Source: Candidatus Bathyarchaeota archaeon (GTDB lineage: Archaea > Thermoproteota > Bathyarchaeia > Bathyarchaeales > Bathycorpusculaceae). From it: a stretch of DNA of 64,000 nucleotides. The stretch lies in contig CAWHXY010000006.1 in the NCBI GenBank assembly GCA_963833575.1, forward strand, positions 256,001-320,000, read 5' to 3'. The stretch's first letter is position 1, and each line of letters starts with the position of its first letter. The position numbers were made by a program, and so were the translations under genes. The notes beneath the pieces are model-generated. The model worked only from the letters and a program-made list of their open reading frames with translations, was not told where the DNA came from and ran no database searches. Shown here one piece after another: positions 26,963-35,726 of this stretch.

Positions 26963-27799
26963 TTAGCTTACTTGTAGTTCTTGTATGAAGGTTCCGTGCC
27001 ATGTGTGGACCCAGACTTGTCCGCTGTAGCCGTTTATGCTTAACATGCCATAGGTCGTTGTTCCATTGAGGACTTCGATGGTGTAGTATCCGTAGAATGT
27101 TGTAACGTCGCCGGTTGTGGTTCCTGGTAGGTATGTGTTTAGGTATTGCTGTGCATCAGTTGTTGCTTGGACTGTTGTAACGGTCATGGTGGTTGTTGGG
27201 GTGCCAAAGATTCCGCCAAGGATTCCGCTGCGCATCATACCATATTTGGTGTTCCACATCATGTTAGGACCCATCTCAGGATAGATGCTTCCGGTGTACT
27301 TGTTGATTAAGAGCTCAAATGCTCCGTTGCCACTGCTTTTCTCGTTAACTTGAACATAGAAGTTGGCACTGTATTCCTCAACTTGCTTAACGACCAAGTC
27401 GGGGTTGCCGATCGAAGACACATAGTTTTGGGCTATGGTTACTGCGTTGTTAATGCTTAGCGGTGATCCACTGTTTGTGTAGGGTGCAGTGTATCCGTAG
27501 TTGCCCATCATTCCTCTAAAGCCGTTGCCATTGCCTAGTCCGCCCATCATGCCTCCTCCAAACATAAAGGGATAAACAGGCTGATAGTACTGAGAGGATG
27601 GCGTTGGGGCAGTTGCTCCAGGCTGGGTTGTATATGGTGGATTGTTATATCCATAGCCAGTTCCGTAGCCGCCACCCATCATGCCACCATAGCCGCCGTA
27701 TTGGCCTCCCATCATGCCCATAGCAAATACGGAAGTAGTTAACAATGCAGCAGCAACCACTGCAATACTAACCAAAGTTATTATTTTCCAATTTTTCAT
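26963..27799 (-). CDS. Secreted Gly/Met/Tyr-rich protein with GMMG repeats and two PepSY-like repeats
   Basis: Signal peptide, four GMMG units plus GMMR, then two repeats ('A...AQNYV...F/YY...LxINxYxGxI/V'). Confidence 0.75.
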   Translation of the reverse strand: MKNWKIITLVSIAVVAAALLTTSVFAMGMMGGQYGGYGGMMGGGYGTGYGYNNPPYTTQPGATAPTPSSQYYQPVYPFMFGGGMMGGLGNGNGFRGMMGNYGYTAPYTNSGSPLSINNAVTIAQNYVSSIGNPDLVVKQVEEYSANFYVQVNEKSSGNGAFELLINKYTGSIYPEMGPNMMWNTKYGMMRSGILGGIFGTPTTTMTVTTVQATTDAQQYLNTYLPGTTTGDVTTFYGYYTIEVLNGTTTYGMLSINGYSGQVWVHTWHGTFIQELQVS

Positions 27800-27865
27800 T
27801 TTTGTTTTACCTCACGTTTGTTTTATTATGATATGCTAATGTCTTGGAGCGATAAGATAGTTCGC

Positions 27866-27894
27866 TGAAACAGACGTGAAACAGTTTTGAAACA
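27866..27894. promoter_or_regulatory. Three TGAAACA direct repeats at 11-bp period
   Basis: TGAAACA at 27866, 27877 and 27888, about 70-95 nt upstream of the start of the Gly/Met-rich gene. Confidence 0.6.
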
Positions 27895-28073
27895 ACTGCC
27901 AGCACGGCTATTCTCCAACACATAATTATATTATAATATTAATATATCCTGCTTATAGGTCTTGCTTAGACATACCCAACAAAAACGAGCGAAAAGGTTA
28001 GAAAAAAACTAATCACCAAAGTCTACTAGGCTATTTATGGCTATACAGATTTAAGACTTATCTTGAAAAATAT

Positions 28074-28676
28074 TTAAGGCGAATTTGTCCACACGGGCGT
28101 TACAGTCCAATTCCCAGAAAGAGTGCCTTCGTGAAAAATGCTTATAACAGCTGTAACAGTTTGATTACTACCTAAATTCACACGTTGTATTAGATAATCG
28201 CCATAATCTTCTGAAAGAAGACTTTTAGTTTGGTCATCAGCCCCGAACATTCCGCCATCCAAAGGAACAGTCATGTTTATTTCTAATGTACCTTGAGCAT
28301 CATAAGCCACTACTTTTAATCCTGAGTTATACGCTACACTTACTCCAGTATTGCTCACAGAACCCCATATGTAAAGATAATAAAATGTTTTGACAGATGT
28401 GCCGTCAAATTCAAATTCAGCTTTAGGTTTTACTGGTAGACCATATTGAATATCCTTTATTCCTAATGCAGTTACAAGATTTGCCGTTGTTAAATTCTTT
28501 ATTTGGCTTTTAAGGTTTGAAATTTGGCTGTTTAGATTTGCTATTTCATCGTTTAGCAAAGCTATTTTAGAGTTTTTCTCTTTCACTACGCCGTTATAAT
28601 ACAAAAGTGTTCCAGCAATAGCGCTTACAAAAAGTATAACAATTAACAAAACTGAGACTATTATTTTCTTATTCAT
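28074..28676 (-). CDS. Membrane-anchored protein with coiled coil and extracellular domain
   Basis: MNKKIIVSVLLIVILF TM anchor, heptad LNDEIANLNSQISNLKSQI and a beta-rich C-terminus. Confidence 0.7.
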   Translation of the reverse strand: MNKKIIVSVLLIVILFVSAIAGTLLYYNGVVKEKNSKIALLNDEIANLNSQISNLKSQIKNLTTANLVTALGIKDIQYGLPVKPKAEFEFDGTSVKTFYYLYIWGSVSNTGVSVAYNSGLKVVAYDAQGTLEINMTVPLDGGMFGADDQTKSLLSEDYGDYLIQRVNLGSNQTVTAVISIFHEGTLSGNWTVTPVWTNSP

Positions 28677-28693
28677 TAAATCTCGCCATTTCT

Positions 28694-29608
28694 TCAAGGT
28701 TGCCCGCTTGCTCTTGGATTTCGACACCAAAGTTTTGCTGCAAGGAAGAATAAAGAGATAAACAACGGCAAAATTGCTAAGGCTGGAAACTCTGGAATTG
28801 AATGGGAGGGGTTGATAGTCGAGGATGGACTTGATTGGGGAGTACCAAAATTCGGAATTGAGATGGGTTTCACTAATGGGTGGTTATCTTGAAGCGCGCC
28901 AGTTTCTGCACCATTAGTGTACATGCCAATCTTGTATGGCGTGCTGCCGATTCCTGATGAGTCTATTTCAATAGCATTCGGATATCTTGTCAAGTAGTCA
29001 CTCCAGTAATTTCTGTCAACTGTTTCGTTTCCAACTAATTGTAACAAAATACCACCTAAGAGATTGTTTTCAGTAATAATATTGCCGTTCGATAGCTCTA
29101 TGCCGATTGCCCATGGTGTTCCGCTAATGGTGCAATGAGTGATGTTGTTCCCACCGCTGTTCCAATACAGAAGAATGCCGCCCTGGACATCATTTGTGGT
29201 GTTACCTATGAAGTCATAATAGAAAGTGTTTCCGCTGCTTCCATGAGCATTTATGCTGAAATTGAAATTCATGATTCTCAAATTCTCAACTGTAACGTTA
29301 TGAATCTCATTTGGAGATGGATATTCAGTAAGGTTGTTTGTCAGGTCTATTCCTGTGCCTCCATGCCCTCCAAGCGTGTAGCCTGCACCATTAATTATGA
29401 TGTTACTTTTTTGAACAGCTATACTTCCTGAAATATTACCAGTTAAAACATAGAGATCTCCGCTGCGTTGAATATTATTTGTTCCAACAACAGCTCCGTC
29501 AGCGGTGATGTAAATGTCTGTAGACTGTGCCTTAACGCAAGCTGTATTAGCCATAAATGAACCTAACAAAACAATCAGAAAACACAGCGTAGTGACGCAC
29601 TTTTTCAT
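28694..29608 (-). CDS. Secreted right-handed beta-helix (NosD/CASH-like) protein with PEF-type sorting signal
   Basis: Asn-rich beta-helix repeats, NYWSDY...EIDSSGIGSTPY...DNHPL, then IPEFP + TM. Confidence 0.82.
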   Translation of the reverse strand: MKKCVTTLCFLIVLLGSFMANTACVKAQSTDIYITADGAVVGTNNIQRSGDLYVLTGNISGSIAVQKSNIIINGAGYTLGGHGGTGIDLTNNLTEYPSPNEIHNVTVENLRIMNFNFSINAHGSSGNTFYYDFIGNTTNDVQGGILLYWNSGGNNITHCTISGTPWAIGIELSNGNIITENNLLGGILLQLVGNETVDRNYWSDYLTRYPNAIEIDSSGIGSTPYKIGMYTNGAETGALQDNHPLVKPISIPNFGTPQSSPSSTINPSHSIPEFPALAILPLFISLFFLAAKLWCRNPRASGQP

Positions 29609-29769
29609 GTTTCCACTCCACTTTAATAATTATGCAAGAAGTATATTGCTCTCCCCAAAGAACAGAGTGTTCCGCAAGAAGAACAGTCTTTTATCTGGAC
29701 TGAGCATTAAAAGCAATGTGTGGATTAGATTTTTATCCAATCAGAGACTTACTTGATAAGGAATTGATA

Positions 29770-30249
29770 ATGGAAAAGAAAGAAAATGAACATCAAAGGA
29801 TAAGGCAACTGGGAAAGGATGAAAAAATCCCATATGATTTGTTATTAATTGCGGATGAGACACTTGAAGCCATAGGCAAATACATTTTTGGCTCTGACAT
29901 ATATGTTCTGGAACAAGAAAATAAAATTATTGCCATATATGTACTTCAATCAATAAACAAAAATGAGATTGAAATAAAAAATATAGCAGTCGTTAGAGAT
30001 TGTCAAGGAAAAGGAATAGGTAAATTATTGTTAAGAGATGCTGCCTTTAGGGCAAAGAGAAAGGGATTCAAAACAATTATTATAGGGACAGGAGACGCTG
30101 CTATTAAACAATTGTATCTATATCAAAAAGAAGGATTTGAAGTGTTTGATATCAAAAAAAGCTTTTTTATTAATAATTATCCAGAGCCCATTTATGAAAA
30201 TGGAATACAATTAAAACATATGATAATGCTGAAAAAAGAATTAATATAG
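29770..30249 (+). CDS. GNAT-family N-acetyltransferase
   Basis: EIKNIAV...QGKGIGKLLL (motif A) and LYQKEGF. Visibly AT-rich relative to its neighbours. Confidence 0.9.
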   Translation: MEKKENEHQRIRQLGKDEKIPYDLLLIADETLEAIGKYIFGSDIYVLEQENKIIAIYVLQSINKNEIEIKNIAVVRDCQGKGIGKLLLRDAAFRAKRKGFKTIIIGTGDAAIKQLYLYQKEGFEVFDIKKSFFINNYPEPIYENGIQLKHMIMLKKELI

Positions 30250-30492
30250 AAAGACAAACATGACGAACATAACGAATTAAATGAAATATAAACCCTATAT
30301 TTTATGACGGATATAACGAACATCACAAACGTAATTCGCTATATATAATCAATGCGTAAGATTAGCAAGTACCTCTACCTTTTTCTCTTACCTGATATGT
30401 TACTTCTGAATGCATTCTCTTTTGGGTTTGACCACTGAGTAGACCCTACTGAGTTGTCCAATACTGCACAATTTATAGTCGTAGAATGAGAG

Positions 30493-30510
30493 GTGCATTA
30501 AATTTTAGTC
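30493..30510 (+). repeat. Dispersed 18-bp intergenic repeat, copy 1
   Basis: GTGCATTAAATTTTAGTC; near-identical copies at 31394-31411 (minus strand) and 33294-33311. Confidence 0.6.
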
Positions 30511-30614
30511 TAACTATTAGACATTCTGTTGTAATTAGTCCGCTGAGTGCATTTTGCATAAAATGGCGGCTGTTTTTGAAAGTTTGATTGACTAATGATT
30601 TTTCTCAAAATTGC

Positions 30615-31331
30615 TTATTGGACAGCCCAAACATTTGAACTAGCAAGTTGCCAAGTGATGGTTATTTCAATCTCAGGGTTGGTATAGAATTGAATATTAG
30701 TTAATGAGTCGAGCATTCCGGTTTGTTTATCAAAATAGACACCTAAATAATCCTCACGCATCGTGTTGCCTGTTGGGTCGTTTGGATCAACAAACTGTTT
30801 TTCAGTAGACCAAAAGTTTCTTGTTCTGGTGGATGCTGCGAATTTTTGAGTATCTGTGCTATTAACGATGAGTTTGTCAGATCCATTAGGATGAAGCAGG
30901 TCATTGACATTGAGGTTAGGAGTATAAATAGCCCAAAAACCGTTTGGGTCACTTACTATTCCATCCGATAAATCAATTATTTGTGAACTTGCAACTTGAG
31001 TTCCATTTAAAAATTGCCATAACGAATTAAGTGAAACATGTGTGCCATTGATTCCAGTAATAGTAACTTTGTAGTAGTCTGTATCATTTTCCTGTGAGAG
31101 ATATGCTGGAGTTACCACATCAGTACTGCCTAAAACTGACGAACCTGTCAGTTTGTAAGTAAATGTGTCACCTACAGTGAGGTTGTTTCCAGACAGGCTA
31201 AATGGTGTAGACGTTGGGGATGTTGGTGTGTTGGGTGAAACATTTTTGAAAAGACCGCTGGAGAAACCCGCTGCTACAGCGATTAACATTATCACTATCA
31301 CCGCTCCAACAATCCAAATATGTCTGCTCAA
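30615..31331 (-). CDS. Membrane-anchored extracellular protein, paralogous to 25514-26290
   Basis: N-terminal TM and Pro/Thr linker. VGDTFTY and FDKQTGML match VGQYVKY and YDRASGML in the paralog. TTG start at 31331. Confidence 0.7.
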   Translation of the reverse strand: MSRHIWIVGAVIVIMLIAVAAGFSSGLFKNVSPNTPTSPTSTPFSLSGNNLTVGDTFTYKLTGSSVLGSTDVVTPAYLSQENDTDYYKVTITGINGTHVSLNSLWQFLNGTQVASSQIIDLSDGIVSDPNGFWAIYTPNLNVNDLLHPNGSDKLIVNSTDTQKFAASTRTRNFWSTEKQFVDPNDPTGNTMREDYLGVYFDKQTGMLDSLTNIQFYTNPEIEITITWQLASSNVWAVQ

Positions 31332-31393
31332 ATCTAATCTTTCCTTAGTGTTATCCTTTTGTTTTGCATTTGGATTTAAGATTTGTGTGTGTG

Positions 31394-31411
31394 CACTAAA
31401 TTTTAATGCGC
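31394..31411 (-). repeat. Dispersed 18-bp intergenic repeat, copy 2
   Basis: The minus strand reads GCGCATTAAAATTTAGTG, inside an imperfect palindrome at 31391-31413. Confidence 0.6.
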
Positions 31412-31480
31412 ACCGCATTAGATAACCGATTTTCTTGGGGGGGGGGAAACCACAAATCAGACTAAGCCTTTTATTTATGT

Positions 31481-31498
31481 CGTGTCCGATGGGATTCG
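31481..31498 (-). repeat. Possible degenerate tRNA 3'-end fragment
   Basis: The minus strand reads CGAATCCCATCGGACACG (T-loop end, T stem, acceptor-like). Confidence 0.35.
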
Positions 31499-31543
31499 TT
31501 TAATATTTTAAGTAAATCTATTTTTCTTGTGAAAAGTGTGAAA

Positions 31544-31566
31544 CGGAGCCGCTGGGACTCGAACCC
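31544..31566 (-). repeat. tRNA 3'-end fragment (att-like scar)
   Basis: The minus strand reads GGGTTCGAGTCCCAGCGGCTCCG: T-arm GGG-TTCGAGT-CCC, acceptor strand CGGCTCC and a G discriminator. No D or anticodon arm upstream. Confidence 0.6.
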
Positions 31567-31657
31567 TAAGGGGCGAATATATACTTTCCAGCCTATTCTT
31601 CACTTGATCCCTATTTTATATATTGAATCATGTTTATGATGTCGTGGAGGCTACAAA

Positions 31658-32197
31658 GTGCAAAAGAGAACCGCAACGACCAAGAGAAATTTTGAGCAAG
31701 ACATAAAAGACTTTGTCAAAGTTGCAAAAAGATTAGGCGTGCTCGATGCCAAAGCGATGAATACCAAAAACATTGTTGTCAAGGATTGGGTAAGACTCAA
31801 GTGCCAATATGGTTGCGGAGGATTCGGAAAATCCTTGACTTGTCCGCCTTACAGTCCTACACCAGAAAAGATGAGGCAGATTTTGACAAGTTACTCAAAT
31901 GCTATTCTAATGAAACTGCCAGATGAATCGGTGGCGACGCATGACGTGATTGCCAAATTGGAGAGACACATCTTTTTGGCAGGGTATCATTCTGCATTTG
32001 GACTTCCAGCAGGTCCCTGTGAACGCTGCGAAGAATGTAACCTTGAGCATTGCATTTATCCACGATTGGCTCGACCGTCAATGGAAGCCTCCAGCATAGA
32101 CGTTTATGCTACAGCTAGGAAAAACGGTTTTGACATAGAGGTTCTGAAGACACATAAACAGAAACCAACATATCTTGGTTTAATGCTCGTATGTTAA
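31658..32197 (+). CDS. DUF2284-like predicted metal-binding protein
   Basis: WVRLKCQYGCGGFGKSLTCPP, GPCERCEEC...CIYPRLARPSMEA..IDV. Confidence 0.85.
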   Translation: MQKRTATTKRNFEQDIKDFVKVAKRLGVLDAKAMNTKNIVVKDWVRLKCQYGCGGFGKSLTCPPYSPTPEKMRQILTSYSNAILMKLPDESVATHDVIAKLERHIFLAGYHSAFGLPAGPCERCEECNLEHCIYPRLARPSMEASSIDVYATARKNGFDIEVLKTHKQKPTYLGLMLVC

Positions 32198-32381
32198 AAC
32201 CTACTCTTTTCAACTTTCTTTTTCAAATCTCCGAGAATTGCTGCATCAAATTCCTTTCTCGGAAATAGATGTCTTCATTCTCCTGATGAGTGAGGGCAAC
32301 TTCTCATAGATTTTGCGTCTTTTTCCAACGCATCGTTCTTGCGTGTTATCTATAGCGAGGAATCAGATAATTTATACAGAA

Positions 32382-33176
32382 TCATGGTAACGGTAGATTA
32401 AACAATTTAATTGCATTTTTATAAAATATTTTGCTCTTGAGTTCCTCCTCTATGTTCATGGAATCTATGAGGGCTACATGTTTTCTAATATCGCAAATTG
32501 CATAATCCGTTCCAAACACAACATTACTCGGATGCTCAATTACAGTTGAAGTTAACACTTTTCTTATTCTATCAATATCCGTCATTTCTACTATTAAATC
32601 ATCTGCTAGTGCCGAAGTATCAAAGTATATTTTTTCATATTGTTTTGTGAGTTCGTGGCAATATTCAACTTTGGGAAAGAAGTAATGAGCGATGACTATT
32701 TTCAGGTTTGAAAATGCGTCTGCAACCTTAACGATGTGTTTTGGGTCATTGTACTTGGCTGCTTTTGGATTTTTTGAGGTACCACCCGTGTGGATAACTA
32801 TTGGGGTGTCGTATTGGATGCACAGATCATAGACTGGAGAAAGCCTTTTATCAGTTGGATAAATCGGGTCATGACCTGGAAAAATCTTTACTCCGAATAT
32901 TTTGTTTTCTCGGAGAAGGACATCTAACTCTTCCAGCTGGGTTTTCATTTTTCTTTGAATATCAACTGTACCCATAACGAATAGTTGGTGGCAGCCCTTA
33001 GCCACCTCTAAGACCTGCGTCAAGTTTCCAATAGTGGAAACAGGTTTGTTATCTGGAATCAAAATGGCGTAGTCAATACAATTTTTTGTGAGTTCTTGAA
33101 GGAGTATCTCCCTGGAATGCTCAAAGGTTCTTCCATTTTGAAGGCGAGGCAAATGTTGGTGACAGTCAATTATCAT
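32382..33176 (-). CDS. Amidohydrolase_2 family metal-dependent hydrolase
   Basis: IIDCHQH, GVKIFP, IVIHTG, IVIAH and FGTDY. Confidence 0.9.
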   Translation of the reverse strand: MIIDCHQHLPRLQNGRTFEHSREILLQELTKNCIDYAILIPDNKPVSTIGNLTQVLEVAKGCHQLFVMGTVDIQRKMKTQLEELDVLLRENKIFGVKIFPGHDPIYPTDKRLSPVYDLCIQYDTPIVIHTGGTSKNPKAAKYNDPKHIVKVADAFSNLKIVIAHYFFPKVEYCHELTKQYEKIYFDTSALADDLIVEMTDIDRIRKVLTSTVIEHPSNVVFGTDYAICDIRKHVALIDSMNIEEELKSKIFYKNAIKLFNLPLP

Positions 33177-33293
33177 TAAACCTTATTTGCAGATGACGTG
33201 CTTTTAAGTACTTCTTTAAAAACCGTTGAAAGCCAATTAAAGGCTTTGAACCCCATAGGATCCTAAGATCAAGTCAAAAATTGTACTGGGGGT

Positions 33294-33311
33294 GTGCATT
33301 AAAATCTAGTC
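33294..33311 (+). repeat. Dispersed 18-bp intergenic repeat, copy 3
   Basis: GTGCATTAAAATCTAGTC, preceded by a G-run. Confidence 0.6.
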
Positions 33312-33586
33312 CCAATCCAAACTAAAAGTAATTAAACAGAACGTTTTATTGTCTATTCATAGAGGTCATTTCCTCGATGTGATGGTATAAACTCGTTATT
33401 TATTGGTCTAAACGAGATTACATTGAATTTAGCCTCTTTATTTGGGTATTAATCTTTTGCATTTTAGGTGTGTTGAGCATGGTTCAGGGCAAGCCTCTAG
33501 AACTACCTTTTATGGCAGTTTTATCGTTTGTGATGATTCCAGTTGAACTTCTAATTATAGTCATATTTCAGAAGTACAGTTCTCAC

Positions 33587-33940
33587 GTGAATGAAATACT
33601 GGAATATCCCTCTCTTCAACCTGCAGACTTCGATAATGAACAACCTCTTAAAAGCGGCAAAATTCTGGTTTTTTTCTATGCCGAGTGGTGTCCTTTCTGC
33701 CGCAGTTCTTTTCATCAAATAGCTTCTCTTGACCCCATTTCCTACAAGGTCTTCAGAGTAGACCTCTCAAACGAAGAGAACCCAATATGGAATTCCCTGA
33801 AGATCAGGAGAATTCCAACGCTAATCGCATTCTATAGTGGAAAAGAGTTCTGGAGAAGAGAGGCAACGTATATGATAGGCTTAAGAAAAGCCGATTTCAA
33901 CGAAGCAGATTCGACTATAACGGCTAAAGTAGCAGAATAA
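33587..33940 (+). CDS. Thioredoxin-family protein
   Basis: VFFYAEWCPFC and IRRIPTLI. Start placed at GTG 33587; the longer track start is uncertain. Confidence 0.85.
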   Translation: MNEILEYPSLQPADFDNEQPLKSGKILVFFYAEWCPFCRSSFHQIASLDPISYKVFRVDLSNEENPIWNSLKIRRIPTLIAFYSGKEFWRREATYMIGLRKADFNEADSTITAKVAE

Positions 33941-34094
33941 TGGTTTGAATGAATTGAGATTTAATTCAAAAACAAATTCAATAAAATGCCCAAATGGTTA
34001 TTTGAATCGAATGAAAAGAATAAACTGAGATTTTTCCCCAATCGTTTATTTACTAATCAAAGCATTCGCTTAGAAACTGAGCAAGGGAAAATGT

Positions 34095-34211
34095 ATGAAG
34101 TGTGAACGATGCGGCAAGGTGTTTGCTGGGATGCCAATTGAAAGGGGAAAGCATTGGTGTCATAGTTGCACAGAATGTTCTATGTGCGGTAACAGCTGTC
34201 AATCTGCTTAG
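34095..34211 (+). CDS. 38-aa Cys-rich microprotein, absent from ORF track
   Basis: MKCERCGKVFAGMPIERGKHWCHSCTECSMCGNSCQSA has 7 Cys and 2 His, with CxxC and CxxCxxCxxCxxxC. Confidence 0.7.
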   Translation: MKCERCGKVFAGMPIERGKHWCHSCTECSMCGNSCQSA

Positions 34212-34281
34212 CTTATTTTTTTTTCATTTCTTTGAATCAAAAAACATATTAGTCTTTGAAACTCTTTTTGCGTTTCATAGT

Positions 34282-35277
34282 ATGCTAGAACTTATCCTGT
34301 TGTTGCTGCTGAGCATTTTGATCGTTTTCATATCTGCATTGCTTTTCGTTAATGCTATAGAATTTCTCGGGAGCCAATACAAAATAGGTGGCCCTTTTGT
34401 TGGGAGTATCTTGTCTCCGCTTTTCACTTCGCTTCCTGAACTCATTGTGTTGATTGTCGCAGTATTTGGTCTTGGAGGAGTAAGCGGTGAAGCAATAGGC
34501 GTGGGGACAATATTTGGTGAGCCGCTTATGGCTTCAAGCCTATCTTATGGGTTAGTAGGCATATTTGCACTTGTTGGCTACTTGCTGAAAAGGCGCGAAC
34601 ACAAATCGCTGCAAGTCAGCACTACTTTAGCTGTACCCTTCATTTTTGTTACTATACTATTTCCTTTAACCTTAGTACCAGCCTTCATCGCCAACAGCAG
34701 CATTAGAATAGTCTTTGGTGTGGGCTTCTTGGCTGCGTATTTCGGGTATCTAATCTTAATGTATCGCAGAAAAGGCATTGAACAGATCGAAAATGCAAAA
34801 GCGCCATACATATGCAAAATTATTCCTTCACAACCAGTTGGAGCCACCGTACAGTTAGTTATTTCCGCAGTAATTTTGTATTTTGCAGCTCGCGAAATGG
34901 TTGGCTTAGTGAATCAAATTGCATTGGGACTTGGACTTAGTTTGATGGGGCTCGCAATAATTGTTGTCCCAGCTGCTACGGCAATACCTGAGACTGCTAG
35001 CGCTTTAATTTGGGGTTTTAGAGGCAAAGACACCTTAAGTATTGCCTCACTTGTTGGCGAGAAGGTACTTTATACCACATTGTTCCCTGCAATTGGCTTG
35101 TTAGTTACAACATGGGTATTGGACATTCATGCGTATCTTAGTGTTCTCGGGACGACGGTAATATCTTTAATAATGCTGTTCTTCATCTCAAGAAAGAAAA
35201 TTCCATGGTGGGGTTTGACTTTAGGACTTTTCTTCTTTGTAGCTTATGCCATAATGATATTCTGGTTAAGAATCTAG
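34282..35277 (+). CDS. Cation/Ca2+ exchanger (Na_Ca_ex)-like membrane protein
   Basis: About 10 TM helices and two alpha-repeat motifs (PLFTSLPE, PAATAIPE). Real start is ATG 34282; the track extension overlaps the Cys-rich microgene. Confidence 0.82.
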   Translation: MLELILLLLLSILIVFISALLFVNAIEFLGSQYKIGGPFVGSILSPLFTSLPELIVLIVAVFGLGGVSGEAIGVGTIFGEPLMASSLSYGLVGIFALVGYLLKRREHKSLQVSTTLAVPFIFVTILFPLTLVPAFIANSSIRIVFGVGFLAAYFGYLILMYRRKGIEQIENAKAPYICKIIPSQPVGATVQLVISAVILYFAAREMVGLVNQIALGLGLSLMGLAIIVVPAATAIPETASALIWGFRGKDTLSIASLVGEKVLYTTLFPAIGLLVTTWVLDIHAYLSVLGTTVISLIMLFFISRKKIPWWGLTLGLFFFVAYAIMIFWLRI

Positions 35278-35360
35278 AAGGAATCTTTCTTCCAACGCAA
35301 ACACGGAATTGCCTAAACGACGTCAAAACGTTTAACTAATTCTTGTTTTTACCGTAAAGC

Positions 35361-35588
35361 ATGACGAACAAAATCGTTGCAGCTATAGCAAACAAAAAGT
35401 TCCTTGTTGATGCAATCGCGATGGCTATATTCTGGACCATAGCTTATACACCCGTCTACCTTTACACATCGAAGTCGCTCGATGCTGCCCTAATAGGTCT
35501 TGCAGCTTCTGCCCTTCTGGAAATCGGGCTTGGTGGAGTCTACGGTAAATTCTCCGATTGGCTGAGACACAAGTTAAAGGTCTCTTAG
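35361..35588 (+). CDS. Small membrane protein resembling one half of the AlaE L-alanine exporter
   Basis: VDAIAMAIFW...GGVYGKFSDWLR mirrors the AlaE repeat (xDxxAMxxF/Y...PYGxxRDW). Confidence 0.5.
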   Translation: MTNKIVAAIANKKFLVDAIAMAIFWTIAYTPVYLYTSKSLDAALIGLAASALLEIGLGGVYGKFSDWLRHKLKVS

Positions 35589-35726
35589 GAATTTTAGTTT
35601 TCACGGGTCAGAAGGGATCAAACGTAGGTTTCTAATTCGTTTGAATTCATTTTCAAATATACTTGCTAAATAGAGAATAATTAAAATAGAAAGATCGCTG
35701 AAACTTGAACATCATAAAGGGAAAGT

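Noticed and set aside
32283-32312. CTGATGAG followed by a hairpin (hammerhead-like)
   Set aside because: The required GAAA after stem II is missing and stems I/III could not be formed.
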